64,000 nucleotides of DNA, from assembly GCA_044236455.1 (NCBI GenBank), contig JBIIGJ010000006.1, positions 2,546 through 66,545 of the forward strand. Reading direction: 5' to 3'. A program made the translations under genes and the position numbers. The DNA is from Pirellulales bacterium. Lineage in GTDB: Bacteria > Planctomycetota > Planctomycetia > Pirellulales > UBA1268. Shown here piece by piece: positions 20,268-29,616 of this stretch. The notes under the pieces were generated by a model. The model searched no databases. It was given only the letters and a program-made list of their open reading frames with translations, and was not told the DNA's origin. Position 1 is the first letter of the stretch. Every line of letters starts with the position of its first letter.

Positions 20268-23200
20268 CAGCGACTCGTGGCAAGGATCCGCATAGGCACC
20301 ACCGGCAGCCGGTATCCCGTCGCTTCCGCTGCGGGCTTCTTGCCGTGAGTGGCTTCCTCGTCGTCGTCGGGACGTCGCCCCATGCCGCCGATCCGTCGCC
20401 GGCCGCGGCGCGGGCCCCGCTTCCCAGCCGCGACGCCCAGGAACGGGCCCGTGCGATGGCCCGCGACCTCATCGCCACCGCGCTCGACGTCCAGTTGCGG
20501 CAGCTGGAGGACAACGGCCTCGAGCAGCTGCCGCTCCATGCCGAGATCAAGGCGATGCGGGGCAACATCGAAGGCCTCGTGGGGAACGAGATGCAGGGAG
20601 TGGTGGAACTGCTCGCGAAGGCCGAGTCGGGGCAGCCCGACGAGCAGGCTCAGGCCGCTCAGGAGGCGCGGCGTCTGATCCGCCACGTCACGATCAGGCT
20701 CTCGGCCGAGCGGCAGATGCTGCTCCGTCGCCTCAAGGTCGCCGACATCGCCGCGCAGGTGCGGCGGCTGGCAGGACAGCAGTCGGCGGTGCTCAAGGCG
20801 ACCGAGTCGCTGCCGCAGCAGCTGCCCGGCCGGCGCGAGGCGGTCACGCTCGCCGCGCTCGAACAGCAACGGACGGCCGGCTCGCTCTACGGTGTGCTCG
20901 TCGCGTCGCTCGAGGACGTCCGCACCTGGGAAGGTCCGGTCGGCGCCGCCGCAACCGAGTCGCTCCGCAGGCTCCGCGACGGCCAGGCCGAGACCTTCCT
21001 GAAAGCAGCCGAGGAGCGGCTGGCCACCTCCGACTTTGCCGCGGCAGCGACCGCGCAGCGGCAGGTGCTCGACCTTCTCGCCACGCTCGAGCAGCGGATC
21101 GAGCGGTCGCAGGGCGCTTCCGCATCCCGCGCCGACGCCGCGCTGGCCGCTGTTCGCGACATGCAGCGGCAGCGAGAAGAGCTTCGTGCGGAGATCGCCA
21201 AGGCGCCGCCCACCGATGCCGCGATCGAGGCGCTTGTCGAGAAGCAGGCCGAACTGCGACAGGATCTGAACAAGCTCGACGATGTGGCCGCGACCGCTCC
21301 GGACGTGGCTCCGCTCGTGCAGAAGGCGAAGGAGGCCGCGATCGCCTCCACCGAGAAACTGTTCGAGGGAGACACGAGGCAGTCCGTCGCCGAGGAGGGC
21401 AAGGTGCTCGGCGGCCTCGCCGAGATCGCCGACCGGCTGACGCAGACGGCGCCCGTGGCGGCCGATGCGAAATCGGCGGAGCAGCTGGCGCGACAGATGG
21501 AGCAACTCCGGAAGGTTGCCACGCAGACGCCGCCCACCGACCCGGCGAAACAGCAGGCGGATCAGGCCGTCGCGGATGCCGCGCGGGCGCAGGCGGCGAC
21601 GAAGATCGCCGAACTGGCGCGGGCGGCTGAGGCGATCGAGCGGGCCGCGGCCACCGAGCGGGAACTGGCCCGGGCGGCCGAGCAGGCCGCCGCGAACCCC
21701 GGACAGCCGCCGCTCGATCCGGCGGCGGCGAAGGCGAAACAGGAGACGGTGGCGGCGGTCGCCGAGAAGGTGGCCGAAGCGATCAAGGCGACGGCGCCCG
21801 AGGCGGCAGCCGCGGTCGAGAAGGCCCGTCCTCCGATCGCCCAGAACAAGCCGGCTCAGGCTGCGGCTGAACTCACACAAGCCGCGGCGGAGATCCGCCG
21901 TGAGGCGGCCGAAACGGCTCGTGAACTCGAAGCGATGACACAGGCGCAGCGTGAGCAGACTGCCGCCGCGCTCGAGCAAGCCGAGGCACGGCTTGGCGAC
22001 CAGCCGGCGGGCGATCCGCAGGCCGCGGCGGAGCGGGCCGCCGTGAATTTGGCGATCCGCGAGGCCGAGCTCGCCCGGGAGCAGTCCATGGCCGAGAACA
22101 TCGCGGCGCAGGCCGTCGCCCAGGAAGAGGCCCGCGAGGCGATCGCACAACTCGGCGACCAGCTGGCCGCGGCGGCGGTCGCCGCCACCCAAGAAGAGCA
22201 GCAACGTGCGGGGGAGGTGCCTCCGCCGGTGGCGCAAGCGGAGGCGCTCCAGCAAGCGGAGGCGCAGTTTGCCGAGGCGCAGCAGGCGATCGGTGAGGAT
22301 GCCGCCGCGATCGCGGGCCAGCATGAAATTGCCAATCAGCCGTTGCGCGACGCGCTCGAGCGCGCCTCGCAACTCGCCCCCGCCGCTGCCGCGCAGCCCG
22401 AACCGTCGGCGGGGGACTCTGCGTCGCCATCCGCCGACACGCCGCCGGCTCCACTCGGCACGGGCTTCGTGCCCGAGTCGCCCGAGGCCACCGCCGAGAT
22501 GATCGCGGGCAGCGAGGCGCAGGCTGCCGCCGAGGCGGTCTTGGCCGAGGCCGCTCGGCGCGACGAGGCCGCCGGCGAGTCAATGCCCGGGAATGAGATG
22601 GCGGAGCCGCAGTCGGCCGAGCAGCTTGCCAAGACGCTTGAGACACTGAAAACGGCCGCTCCGCAGGCCACGCAGGGAGAAGAGCGGCGCCATGCGGAGG
22701 ATGCGATTGCCGACGTGGAGCGGGCTGAGGCGGCCACGAAGGTCGCCGAACTCGCACGGGCCGCGGAAGCGATCGAGCGGGCGGCCGCCGCCGAGCGGGA
22801 ATTGGCCCGTGTCGCCGAGCAGGCCGCTATGAATCCCGGGCAGCCGCAGCCCGATGCCGCCGCGATCAAGGCGGAGCAGGAGAACGTGGCCGCGGTGGCG
22901 GAGAAGGTGGCCGAAGCGATCAAAAACACCGCTCCCGAGGCGGCCGCGGCGGTCGAGAAGGCAAAGCCACCGATCGCGGAGAACAAGCCTGCGGAAGCCG
23001 CCGAGGCGCTCGCGCAGGCAGCCTCGGAAATCCGCCGCGAGGCTGCCGAGACCGCCCAGGAGCTCGCCCGGGTTCAGGAGTCGCGGCTCGAGGAGGCAAC
23101 ACGCGAACAGGAGGCGATGGCCGCCGCGAAGGAGCCGCCGTCTCCCGCGGAGGCGGCCGACCAGGCCGCTCGCGTGGCCGAACTTGCCCGTGCCAAGCAG

Positions 23201-24046
23201 CTTGCCGACAAGCTCGCCAGCGACATGGCCGCTCAGCAACAGGCACGTGACGCGATCGCCGACAGATCAGCGGAGCTGGCGGAGGAGTCGGCCGGTCGGA
23301 CCGCGGACGGAGCCAAGCCGTCGCAGGATGCCGTGCAGGACGGTGTCCGACAGGAGGCCGCCCAGTCAGCCGCCGCCCGCGAGGCCGCGCAAGCCCTGCG
23401 GAACGCGCAGGAGGAATTCGCCGCCGCCCAGGAAGCCGCCGGAGCAACCGCCGCCGCGCTCGCCGGCCAGAACGAACTGGCCAACGTGCCGCTTCGCGAG
23501 GGGCTCGAGCGTGCGTCGCAGCTCGAGACCGGACCCGCTGCCGTGAAGCCCGAAGAGCAGGCGAGGGAATCCGCGTCGCCATCGACGAACGACCCGCCGG
23601 CCCCGCTCGGCACGGGCTTCGTTCCGGAGTCGTCGGAGGCCACCGCCGAGAGGATCGCCGGCAGCGAGGCCGAAGCCGCCGCGGAGAAACTGCTCGGTCC
23701 CGCCGCCGCCCGCGGCAGCAAGGGGGAAGCGATGGCGGAAACATCTGGGCGCGAAACACAGCCTGGGGCGCCGGAGAGCAAGAAGCCAGATCGCTCGCAG
23801 GCCGCCCGGCAGGGCGAGGCGAAGTCCGACGGGCCGCTCGAGCCCATGGACCGCGTCGACAAGAACGCCGACGTCGCCGGCACGCGAGCGGGCGACGCCG
23901 ACCAGGCCGCCAAGTCGTTCGAACAGGAAAGCTGGTTCGCCAAACTGCCCCCCGAGATGCGGCAGGCGATCCGTGCGAAGAGCCAGCGCCGTGCCCCGCG
24001 CGGCTACGAGGAAAAACTCGACCGGTATTTCCGAAACATCGATTGA
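20264..24046 (+). CDS. 1,260-aa Ala/Glu/Gln-rich coiled-coil protein with N-terminal signal/anchor and conserved C-terminal tail
   Basis: ATGA overlap with the upstream gene. N-terminal hydrophobic segment LLAVSGFLVVVG. Long helical low-complexity region. C-terminus is WFAKLPPEMRQAIRAKSQRRAPRGYEEKLDRYFRNID. Confidence 0.7.
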   Translation: MTATRGKDPHRHHRQPVSRRFRCGLLAVSGFLVVVGTSPHAADPSPAAARAPLPSRDAQERARAMARDLIATALDVQLRQLEDNGLEQLPLHAEIKAMRGNIEGLVGNEMQGVVELLAKAESGQPDEQAQAAQEARRLIRHVTIRLSAERQMLLRRLKVADIAAQVRRLAGQQSAVLKATESLPQQLPGRREAVTLAALEQQRTAGSLYGVLVASLEDVRTWEGPVGAAATESLRRLRDGQAETFLKAAEERLATSDFAAAATAQRQVLDLLATLEQRIERSQGASASRADAALAAVRDMQRQREELRAEIAKAPPTDAAIEALVEKQAELRQDLNKLDDVAATAPDVAPLVQKAKEAAIASTEKLFEGDTRQSVAEEGKVLGGLAEIADRLTQTAPVAADAKSAEQLARQMEQLRKVATQTPPTDPAKQQADQAVADAARAQAATKIAELARAAEAIERAAATERELARAAEQAAANPGQPPLDPAAAKAKQETVAAVAEKVAEAIKATAPEAAAAVEKARPPIAQNKPAQAAAELTQAAAEIRREAAETARELEAMTQAQREQTAAALEQAEARLGDQPAGDPQAAAERAAVNLAIREAELAREQSMAENIAAQAVAQEEAREAIAQLGDQLAAAAVAATQEEQQRAGEVPPPVAQAEALQQAEAQFAEAQQAIGEDAAAIAGQHEIANQPLRDALERASQLAPAAAAQPEPSAGDSASPSADTPPAPLGTGFVPESPEATAEMIAGSEAQAAAEAVLAEAARRDEAAGESMPGNEMAEPQSAEQLAKTLETLKTAAPQATQGEERRHAEDAIADVERAEAATKVAELARAAEAIERAAAAERELARVAEQAAMNPGQPQPDAAAIKAEQENVAAVAEKVAEAIKNTAPEAAAAVEKAKPPIAENKPAEAAEALAQAASEIRREAAETAQELARVQESRLEEATREQEAMAAAKEPPSPAEAADQAARVAELARAKQLADKLASDMAAQQQARDAIADRSAELAEESAGRTADGAKPSQDAVQDGVRQEAAQSAAAREAAQALRNAQEEFAAAQEAAGATAAALAGQNELANVPLREGLERASQLETGPAAVKPEEQARESASPSTNDPPAPLGTGFVPESSEATAERIAGSEAEAAAEKLLGPAAARGSKGEAMAETSGRETQPGAPESKKPDRSQAARQGEAKSDGPLEPMDRVDKNADVAGTRAGDADQAAKSFEQESWFAKLPPEMRQAIRAKSQRRAPRGYEEKLDRYFRNID
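21473..23752 (+). repeat. In-frame tandem duplication, two units of about 1,140 nt (380 aa), inside the coiled-coil gene
   Basis: Unit 1 (SAEQLARQMEQL...) starts at 21473 and unit 2 (SAEQLAKTLETL...) at 22613. Shared blocks include AELARAAEAIERAAA.ERELAR.AEQAA and PPAPLGTGFVPES.EATAE.IAGSEA.AAAE. Confidence 0.9.
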
Positions 24047-24089
24047 TCACCTTCCCGACCGTTCCCTTCGTTTCTCAGGAGCCCCGACC

Positions 24090-25118
24090 ATGTCCGAGCA
24101 GATTTCCGGTGACGACGTCGCCGCCGTGCAGAAGTGCGAGCAGACCTACAACCGCCTCCGCGACGAACTCTCCAAGGTGATCGTCGGCCAGGAGGACGTG
24201 ATCGAGCAGACCCTCGTGGCGATGTTCGCCCGCGGCCACGCGCTCCTGGAGGGTGTGCCGGGCCTCGCCAAGACGCTCCTGGTCAGTTCGCTGTCCCAGG
24301 CCCTGCACCTGTCGTTCAAGCGGGTGCAGTTCACCCCCGACCTGATGCCGAGCGACCTCACCGGCACCGACGTCATCCAGGAGGATCCGGAGAGCGGTGC
24401 GCGGCGGTACAAATTCCTGCCCGGGCCGCTGTTTGCCAACATGATCCTCGCCGACGAGATCAACCGCACGCCTCCGAAGACGCAGGCGGCGATGCTGGAG
24501 GCGATGCAGGAACGGCAGGTCAGTGCGGGGGGCACGACCCACAAGCTGCCCGCGCCCTTCTTCGTGTTGGCGACGCAGAACCCGCTCGAACAGGAGGGCA
24601 CCTACCCGCTCCCCGAGGCGCAGCTCGACCGGTTTCTCCTCCATATCAAGGTTGACTATCCCTCGGGCCGCGACGAATGGGACATCACCCGTCGGGTGAC
24701 GTCGGGCCAGACGGCGAAGATCGGCGCCATCATGCGGGGCGAAGAGATCCTGGCGACGCAGGAACTCGTGACGCGGGTGCCTGTGAGCGACCAGGTGCTC
24801 GGCTACGCCTGGGCGATCGTGCGGGCCTCACGACCGAATACTCCCGAGGCCCCCGACTTCGTGAACCGCTGGGTGGCCTGGGGCGCGGGGCCACGCGGCG
24901 TGCTCACGCTCGTGACCGCCGCCAAGGCCCGGGCGATCATGTATGGCCGCTATCACGCGACCGTGGGAGACGTGCAGGCGATCGTGAAGCCGGCCCTGCG
25001 GCACCGGATCGCCGGCAACTACGCCGCCCAGTCGCAGGGCATCGGCAGCGAGCAGGTGATCGACATGCTGCTCGAGGCGACTCCCGCCGACAAGGTCTAC
25101 GAACGGCCGGCGGCCTGA
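24090..25118 (+). CDS. MoxR-family AAA+ ATPase
   Basis: Start at MSEQISGDD. Walker A GVPGLAKT, Walker B LADEINR, and QNPLEQEGTYPLPEAQLDRF. Confidence 0.9.
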   Translation: MSEQISGDDVAAVQKCEQTYNRLRDELSKVIVGQEDVIEQTLVAMFARGHALLEGVPGLAKTLLVSSLSQALHLSFKRVQFTPDLMPSDLTGTDVIQEDPESGARRYKFLPGPLFANMILADEINRTPPKTQAAMLEAMQERQVSAGGTTHKLPAPFFVLATQNPLEQEGTYPLPEAQLDRFLLHIKVDYPSGRDEWDITRRVTSGQTAKIGAIMRGEEILATQELVTRVPVSDQVLGYAWAIVRASRPNTPEAPDFVNRWVAWGAGPRGVLTLVTAAKARAIMYGRYHATVGDVQAIVKPALRHRIAGNYAAQSQGIGSEQVIDMLLEATPADKVYERPAA

Positions 25119-25132
25119 CAGGAGCGACGCAC

Positions 25133-26041
25133 GTGGCACAGAGCATTCTTTCGCGGTATCTCGATCCCGACGTCCTCGGCCGGCTGGCCGGGCGGTCGCT
25201 GGAGCCGCGCGGCCTCGTCGTGGGCACGTTGGCGGGGCACCACAAGTCGCCGCTGTCGGGTTTCGCGGTGGAGTTCGCGGGCCACCGGGAGTATGTGCCA
25301 GGCGATGATCCGCGGCACATCGACTGGCGGGTCTACTACAACCGCGACAAGTATTTCATCAAGCAGTACGAGATGGAGACGAATCTCGTCTGCCACCTCG
25401 TGCTCGACGTCAGCGCATCGATGCGCTACGGGGAAGGGAGCCAGCAGAAGCTGCTCGCCGCCGCGCAGCTGGCCACGACGCTCGGCCACTGCGTCATCCG
25501 TCAGGGGGACAAGGTTTCGCTGGCAACGTTCGACGAAGCGGTGCTCGCCGTCGTGCCGCCGGCCAGCTCGATGGCGCAGGTCGTCCGAATGACGGAGCAT
25601 CTCGACACGATCGAGCCTGTGAAGAAGACCCGGATGGCAGACTGCCTCTCCGACCTGGCCGGCCGGATGGGCCGCCGCGAGATCGTGTTCGTGTTCAGCG
25701 ACTTCTTCACCGATCTCGACGGGCTCGAGGCGGTGCTGCAGCGGCTGCGGTTCGCGAAGCACGAGGTGGTGCTCTTCCAGGTGATGCACCACGACGAACT
25801 GGAGTTCCGGTTCGACGGGATGGTGAAGTTTCGCGGGCTGGAGACGGCCGACGAACTGCTCACGCAGCCGAGCGAACTCCGCAAGCGGTATCTCGAGGCG
25901 CTGCGGAAGTTCAATGACCGCTTTCAGGAGATCTGCCATCGCAACAGGGTGGAGCGGGTGGTCGTCGATACCAGCCGCGACCGGGCCGAGGTGCTCATCG
26001 ACCACCTGAACCAGCGCAGCCTGCTCAACCGCGGCCGCTAG
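25133..26041 (+). CDS. DUF58 domain protein (MoxR partner)
   Basis: GTG start 8 nt after a GGAG. HREYVPGDDPRHIDWR signature. Begins 14 nt after the MoxR stop. Confidence 0.85.
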   Translation: MAQSILSRYLDPDVLGRLAGRSLEPRGLVVGTLAGHHKSPLSGFAVEFAGHREYVPGDDPRHIDWRVYYNRDKYFIKQYEMETNLVCHLVLDVSASMRYGEGSQQKLLAAAQLATTLGHCVIRQGDKVSLATFDEAVLAVVPPASSMAQVVRMTEHLDTIEPVKKTRMADCLSDLAGRMGRREIVFVFSDFFTDLDGLEAVLQRLRFAKHEVVLFQVMHHDELEFRFDGMVKFRGLETADELLTQPSELRKRYLEALRKFNDRFQEICHRNRVERVVVDTSRDRAEVLIDHLNQRSLLNRGR

Positions 26042-26053
26042 CTGGCGTGGTGA

Positions 26054-26395
26054 TCAGTATCGCGCCACAGTCGGATCGACGTCGGCGCTCCAGGCGTCGA
26101 TGCCGCCCTGCATGCTCGTGACGGCTGAGAAGCCGCGTTCGCGGAGCCAGTGCGTGACCCGCAGGCTGCGGACGCCGTGGTGGCAATGGACGATGATCGG
26201 CTTCGTCCGCCACGCCTCCAGTTCACTGAGCCGCTCGGGCAGTTCCTGCATCGGCACGAGCAGTGCCCCGGCGATCTTCGCCGTCGCATGCTCGTCGGGC
26301 GTGCGGCAATCGAGGAGCAACATCTCCCCCGGGTGCGCCTCCCAGAGGAGTCGTTTGGCCTCGGCGGCGGAGACTTCGAGCGGTGTGTCGGACAT
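26054..26395 (-). CDS. Single-domain rhodanese-like sulfurtransferase
   Basis: 113 aa with the active-site loop CHHGVRS. Confidence 0.85.
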   Translation of the reverse strand: MSDTPLEVSAAEAKRLLWEAHPGEMLLLDCRTPDEHATAKIAGALLVPMQELPERLSELEAWRTKPIIVHCHHGVRSLRVTHWLRERGFSAVTSMQGGIDAWSADVDPTVARY

Positions 26396-26449
26396 ACGGT
26401 GTTTCCATTCCAGCGGGATCTCGTCCCGGCTGTCTTTGAGGGCGTTCGA

Positions 26450-27319
26450 TCAGAGAGCGGTCTGCAACAGCGTAGCGATTGCTTTCGCTGTTTCGCCCTG
26501 CAGGAGGCTGCCGACCGACGTCCCGCGTGTGGCGGCGAGCTGACGGAGTTGCTCGTACTGCCGCAGCGTGAGCTTCGCCTTGCCGCCCACTTCGCAGGTG
26601 TTGGGGGCGTTCAGCCAGACGTCGTCGGCCGTTTTCACTTCGGCCTCGGAGAGCCCGAAGGCTTTCAGAATGCCGCGGGCCATCATCCGGTCCCCGAGCG
26701 GATTCATGTGGACCCCGTCGGTGGTGAGCTGGGGTTCGTGATGCGGGCCGGACTTGAGTGCGGCCTGCATGTCGGCATTCAGGTCGGCGAGCAGGCATTT
26801 CTTTTCTCCCGCCAATTGCCGCAGAAAGTCGTTGTAGGGTGCGAGCTTCTGGTTTTCAACGTTGGTTGCATCCTCACGGATCATCGTGGCCGTCAGGATC
26901 ATCACCTTGATGCCCGCGGCCTGCGCCCGGTCCACGATCGCGGTGATGTTCTTCTTGTAGGCATCCAGGGGGACACCGTTCGCCCCGTGCCAGACGTCGT
27001 TCACGCCGCAGCTGAGGGTCATCCAGTCGGGCTTCTTGCTGATCACGTCCCTGTCGAGCCGTTCCAGCATCTGGTTCGACTTGTGACCGCTGATGCCGGC
27101 GGGAATCATCGTCGCCTTGATCCCGTTGGCTTCCAGCCCGCTGATCACCAGCCGCACATAGCCCGACGCGTTGTTCGCACCGCCCTGCGTGATCGAGTCG
27201 CCGAGAAACGCGATCTTCTCCCCTGTTTTCACGGCAGGCTCGGCACGGCCCGTCACCGGCACGAGGAAGGCTCCGCACAGCGACAGGAGCAACACCGGCA
27301 GCGTGGTGAACGGTTTCAT
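26450..27319 (-). CDS. Secreted SGNH/GDSL hydrolase
   Basis: Signal peptide MKPFTTLPVLLLSLCG, block I FLGDSITQGG, block V GVHMN. The ATG at 27319 is preferred over the TTG at 27343. Confidence 0.8.
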   Translation of the reverse strand: MKPFTTLPVLLLSLCGAFLVPVTGRAEPAVKTGEKIAFLGDSITQGGANNASGYVRLVISGLEANGIKATMIPAGISGHKSNQMLERLDRDVISKKPDWMTLSCGVNDVWHGANGVPLDAYKKNITAIVDRAQAAGIKVMILTATMIREDATNVENQKLAPYNDFLRQLAGEKKCLLADLNADMQAALKSGPHHEPQLTTDGVHMNPLGDRMMARGILKAFGLSEAEVKTADDVWLNAPNTCEVGGKAKLTLRQYEQLRQLAATRGTSVGSLLQGETAKAIATLLQTAL

Positions 27320-27401
27320 GGGGGCGGTTTCCAGCGATTGCAAGGGAGAGGAAGACTGTCCGTCAGGATCGTTCGGGTCCCATGCCGTCGGGCATCGGGC
27401 T

Positions 27402-27463
27402 TCGGATCCCCTCAGATCGGATCCCCTTCAGAATAGACCGGTCAGCATAATAGACCGGTCAGC
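27402..27463. promoter_or_regulatory. Two adjacent tandem duplications upstream of the SGNH hydrolase gene
   Basis: TCGGATCCCCT(T)CAGA occurs twice (27402-27416, 27417-27432). AATAGACCGGTCAGC occurs twice (27432-27446, 27449-27463). Each copy of the latter holds the 8-bp palindrome GACCGGTC. Confidence 0.4.
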
Positions 27464-27525
27464 CACACCGACGCCACTGGTGGCCCGTCGTGCGGGCGAA
27501 ACATTCCGGCGGGCCCGCTGAGCCT

Positions 27526-28197
27526 TCACGGGGCGAGCCGTTCCGTGATCCACGGGCCGGAAGCGTCGCGACGGAAGCGGAGGCGGTCGTGGAGCCGGCT
27601 CGGGCGGCCCTGCCAGAACTCGATCCGTTCAGGGATGAGCCGGAAGCCGCCCCAGTGGACCGGCCTCGGGATCGCCGCGTCGTCGGGGTGCTCCGCGCGG
27701 AAGCGGGCGACGAGCTGTTCGAGGGCGTCGCGGTCAGGGATGACCTCGCTTTGAGGCGAGCTCCAGGCCCCGATCCGCGAGGTGCTTGGCCGACTGTGAA
27801 AATAGGCGTCGCTCTCGGCCGCGGTCGTTCGCTCCACGCGGCCCTCGATTCGCACCTGCCGCTCGAGTTCGGCCCAGTGGAAGGTCAGCGCGGCGTGGGG
27901 ATTGTCGGCCAGTTCCCGGCCCTTGTGGCTCTCGTAGTTGGTGAAGAAGCAGAAGCCGCGGGCGTCGAAGCCCCGCAGCAGCACGATGCGGGCCGAGGGG
28001 CGGCCGTCCGGCGTGGCGGTGGAGAGCGTCATGGCCTCGGGCTCGAGGACCCCGGCTGCCACGGCCGCGTCGTACCACACCGCGAACTGCCGGATCGGGT
28101 CACGCTCGACGGTGGCTTCGTCGAGCGCACCCCGCTCGTATTCCTTGCGGGCGTGGGTCGCCCGGGTTTCCATCGTGGGCTCCATTCGGGGCTCCAT
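27526..28197 (-). CDS. pdxH: Pyridoxamine 5'-phosphate oxidase
   Basis: [19 protein letters not shown]-terminal signature and [12 protein letters not shown] prefer ATG 28197, which is preceded by AAGGAGG at 10 nt; the track start at 28296 is the alternative. Confidence 0.85.
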   Translation of the reverse strand: MEPRMEPTMETRATHARKEYERGALDEATVERDPIRQFAVWYDAAVAAGVLEPEAMTLSTATPDGRPSARIVLLRGFDARGFCFFTNYESHKGRELADNPHAALTFHWAELERQVRIEGRVERTTAAESDAYFHSRPSTSRIGAWSSPQSEVIPDRDALEQLVARFRAEHPDDAAIPRPVHWGGFRLIPERIEFWQGRPSRLHDRLRFRRDASGPWITERLAP

Positions 28198-28330
28198 CTC
28201 GTTCAATCCTCCTTCGGCCACACGGAATCCAACATCACTGTAGGCGTTCTGGTTCGGACTGGCGACACCTGCGGACGCTACGCGCGTGCTCGTCATGAGG
28301 ACGAGCCGTCGGACGTCGCGGCGTGACGGG

Positions 28331-29455
28331 CTAATACCAGATGCCCGCGCGGACCAGGAACGTGTCGCTGGGATACAGCCACGGCTGGCTCGACTGATAG
28401 TATTCCACCGACCGGCCCGTCACCCAGCCGGTCTCGAATTTCCACGACAGTCCCAGATTCGCCGGCCGCCGCTCCCAGCCGGCCAGGAGCCGGTAGTCGC
28501 GGATCACCATGATCTGATCCTGGCCCTTCGTGGGCCCTGTGATCGACTGCGTGGCCCATTGGTTGCCGCCAAACTCGGCGGCCAGGTAGAGCCAGTGGCT
28601 TGCCCGCGGCCGTTCCGCGATCCGCCAGGCCAGTCGCGGCCTTGGAAAGATCAGCTCGAACCGAGTGTCATCACTGGGCGTCCAGAGCAGGCCGCCGGCC
28701 GGCAGCATGTTGACGTCATAGCGGTCGAGGTAGATCACGCCCGCCACCACGCGCAGGTCTTTATTGGCCTCCCAGGCGCCGAAGCCGTGGCCGGTGACGC
28801 GGAGCGCCTGCGGCGAGTCGTTCTTGAAGTCGCTGTACCAGCCGGGCGAGACGGCCAGGTCGACGCCGAGTCGGTCGCCCACTTTCTTGAGCCACCGCGC
28901 CTGGATGTAGCCCTCGAAGAGTTCGCCGGGGATGTTGGCGCCGGTGGGAATGTCGGTGAGCGTGCCGACGAAGCCGGTTGTGACGAGCAGCGGCGATTCG
29001 ATCGTCGGGCAGGGCATGCCGAGCGTGATCGTCTTCTCGAGCGTCGTCAGGCCGAGGCCGCCGGCGTCGAGCTTCGGCAGTTCGGTGGCCTGGTAGAGCA
29101 ACTGCTGCAGGATGCCCGGCTTGGCGCCGGGTGGCAGCTTGCGGCCCGCCGGCGGCTCGAACTCCTGCCGGGGCTGGCCCGGCGGTGCCACGTCGTCGGG
29201 CAGGAGCGGCTCGGTGAGATCCTGAGGATCACCAAGGGCCGCCAACCGAATCCGCTCGAAGATCGTTGTATCCTGCGGTTGCTCTTGCTCCTCCTGCTCC
29301 ACTGGCGGCAGCGGCGCGACGACGTCGGCGGCATCGTCGGCCCGGGCGGCCACCGCGGCGACGAAGAGGAGCCAGCAGCATGCCCACACGCGCGACCGTC
29401 GGCCGGCCCGTCGCTCGGATGCGGTCGCGTGCGGGGTCGGTAGGGTGGTAGGCAT
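28331..29455 (-). CDS. Putative outer-membrane beta-barrel protein (possibly BBP7/DUF1551-like)
   Basis: Signal peptide and alternating beta-strand pattern. The C-terminus FLVRAGIWY ends in an aromatic residue. It is a paralog of the next gene. Confidence 0.5.
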   Translation of the reverse strand: MPTTLPTPHATASERRAGRRSRVWACCWLLFVAAVAARADDAADVVAPLPPVEQEEQEQPQDTTIFERIRLAALGDPQDLTEPLLPDDVAPPGQPRQEFEPPAGRKLPPGAKPGILQQLLYQATELPKLDAGGLGLTTLEKTITLGMPCPTIESPLLVTTGFVGTLTDIPTGANIPGELFEGYIQARWLKKVGDRLGVDLAVSPGWYSDFKNDSPQALRVTGHGFGAWEANKDLRVVAGVIYLDRYDVNMLPAGGLLWTPSDDTRFELIFPRPRLAWRIAERPRASHWLYLAAEFGGNQWATQSITGPTKGQDQIMVIRDYRLLAGWERRPANLGLSWKFETGWVTGRSVEYYQSSQPWLYPSDTFLVRAGIWY

Positions 29456-29616
29456 CCCGAAGTCCCCCGGTTTCCACCGGGGGCTTACAGTGTTGGACGA
29501 AATGGCGCGTTGTGTCGTGTGGCGAGCGCATGGCGTCGCATGGATGCGACGCGACGCACCAGCCGCCGGAGGGCGGCCAAGCGAACATGACCCGGAGGGT
29601 CAGTGTTCGCGTGAAA

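Noticed and set aside
20102-22372. 756-aa minus-strand ORF, plus other antisense ORFs over 20.2-24.0 kb
   Set aside because: It is antisense to the coiled-coil gene. Its Leu/Arg/Gly repeats are simply the complement of the GAG/GCC/CAG-rich sense strand.
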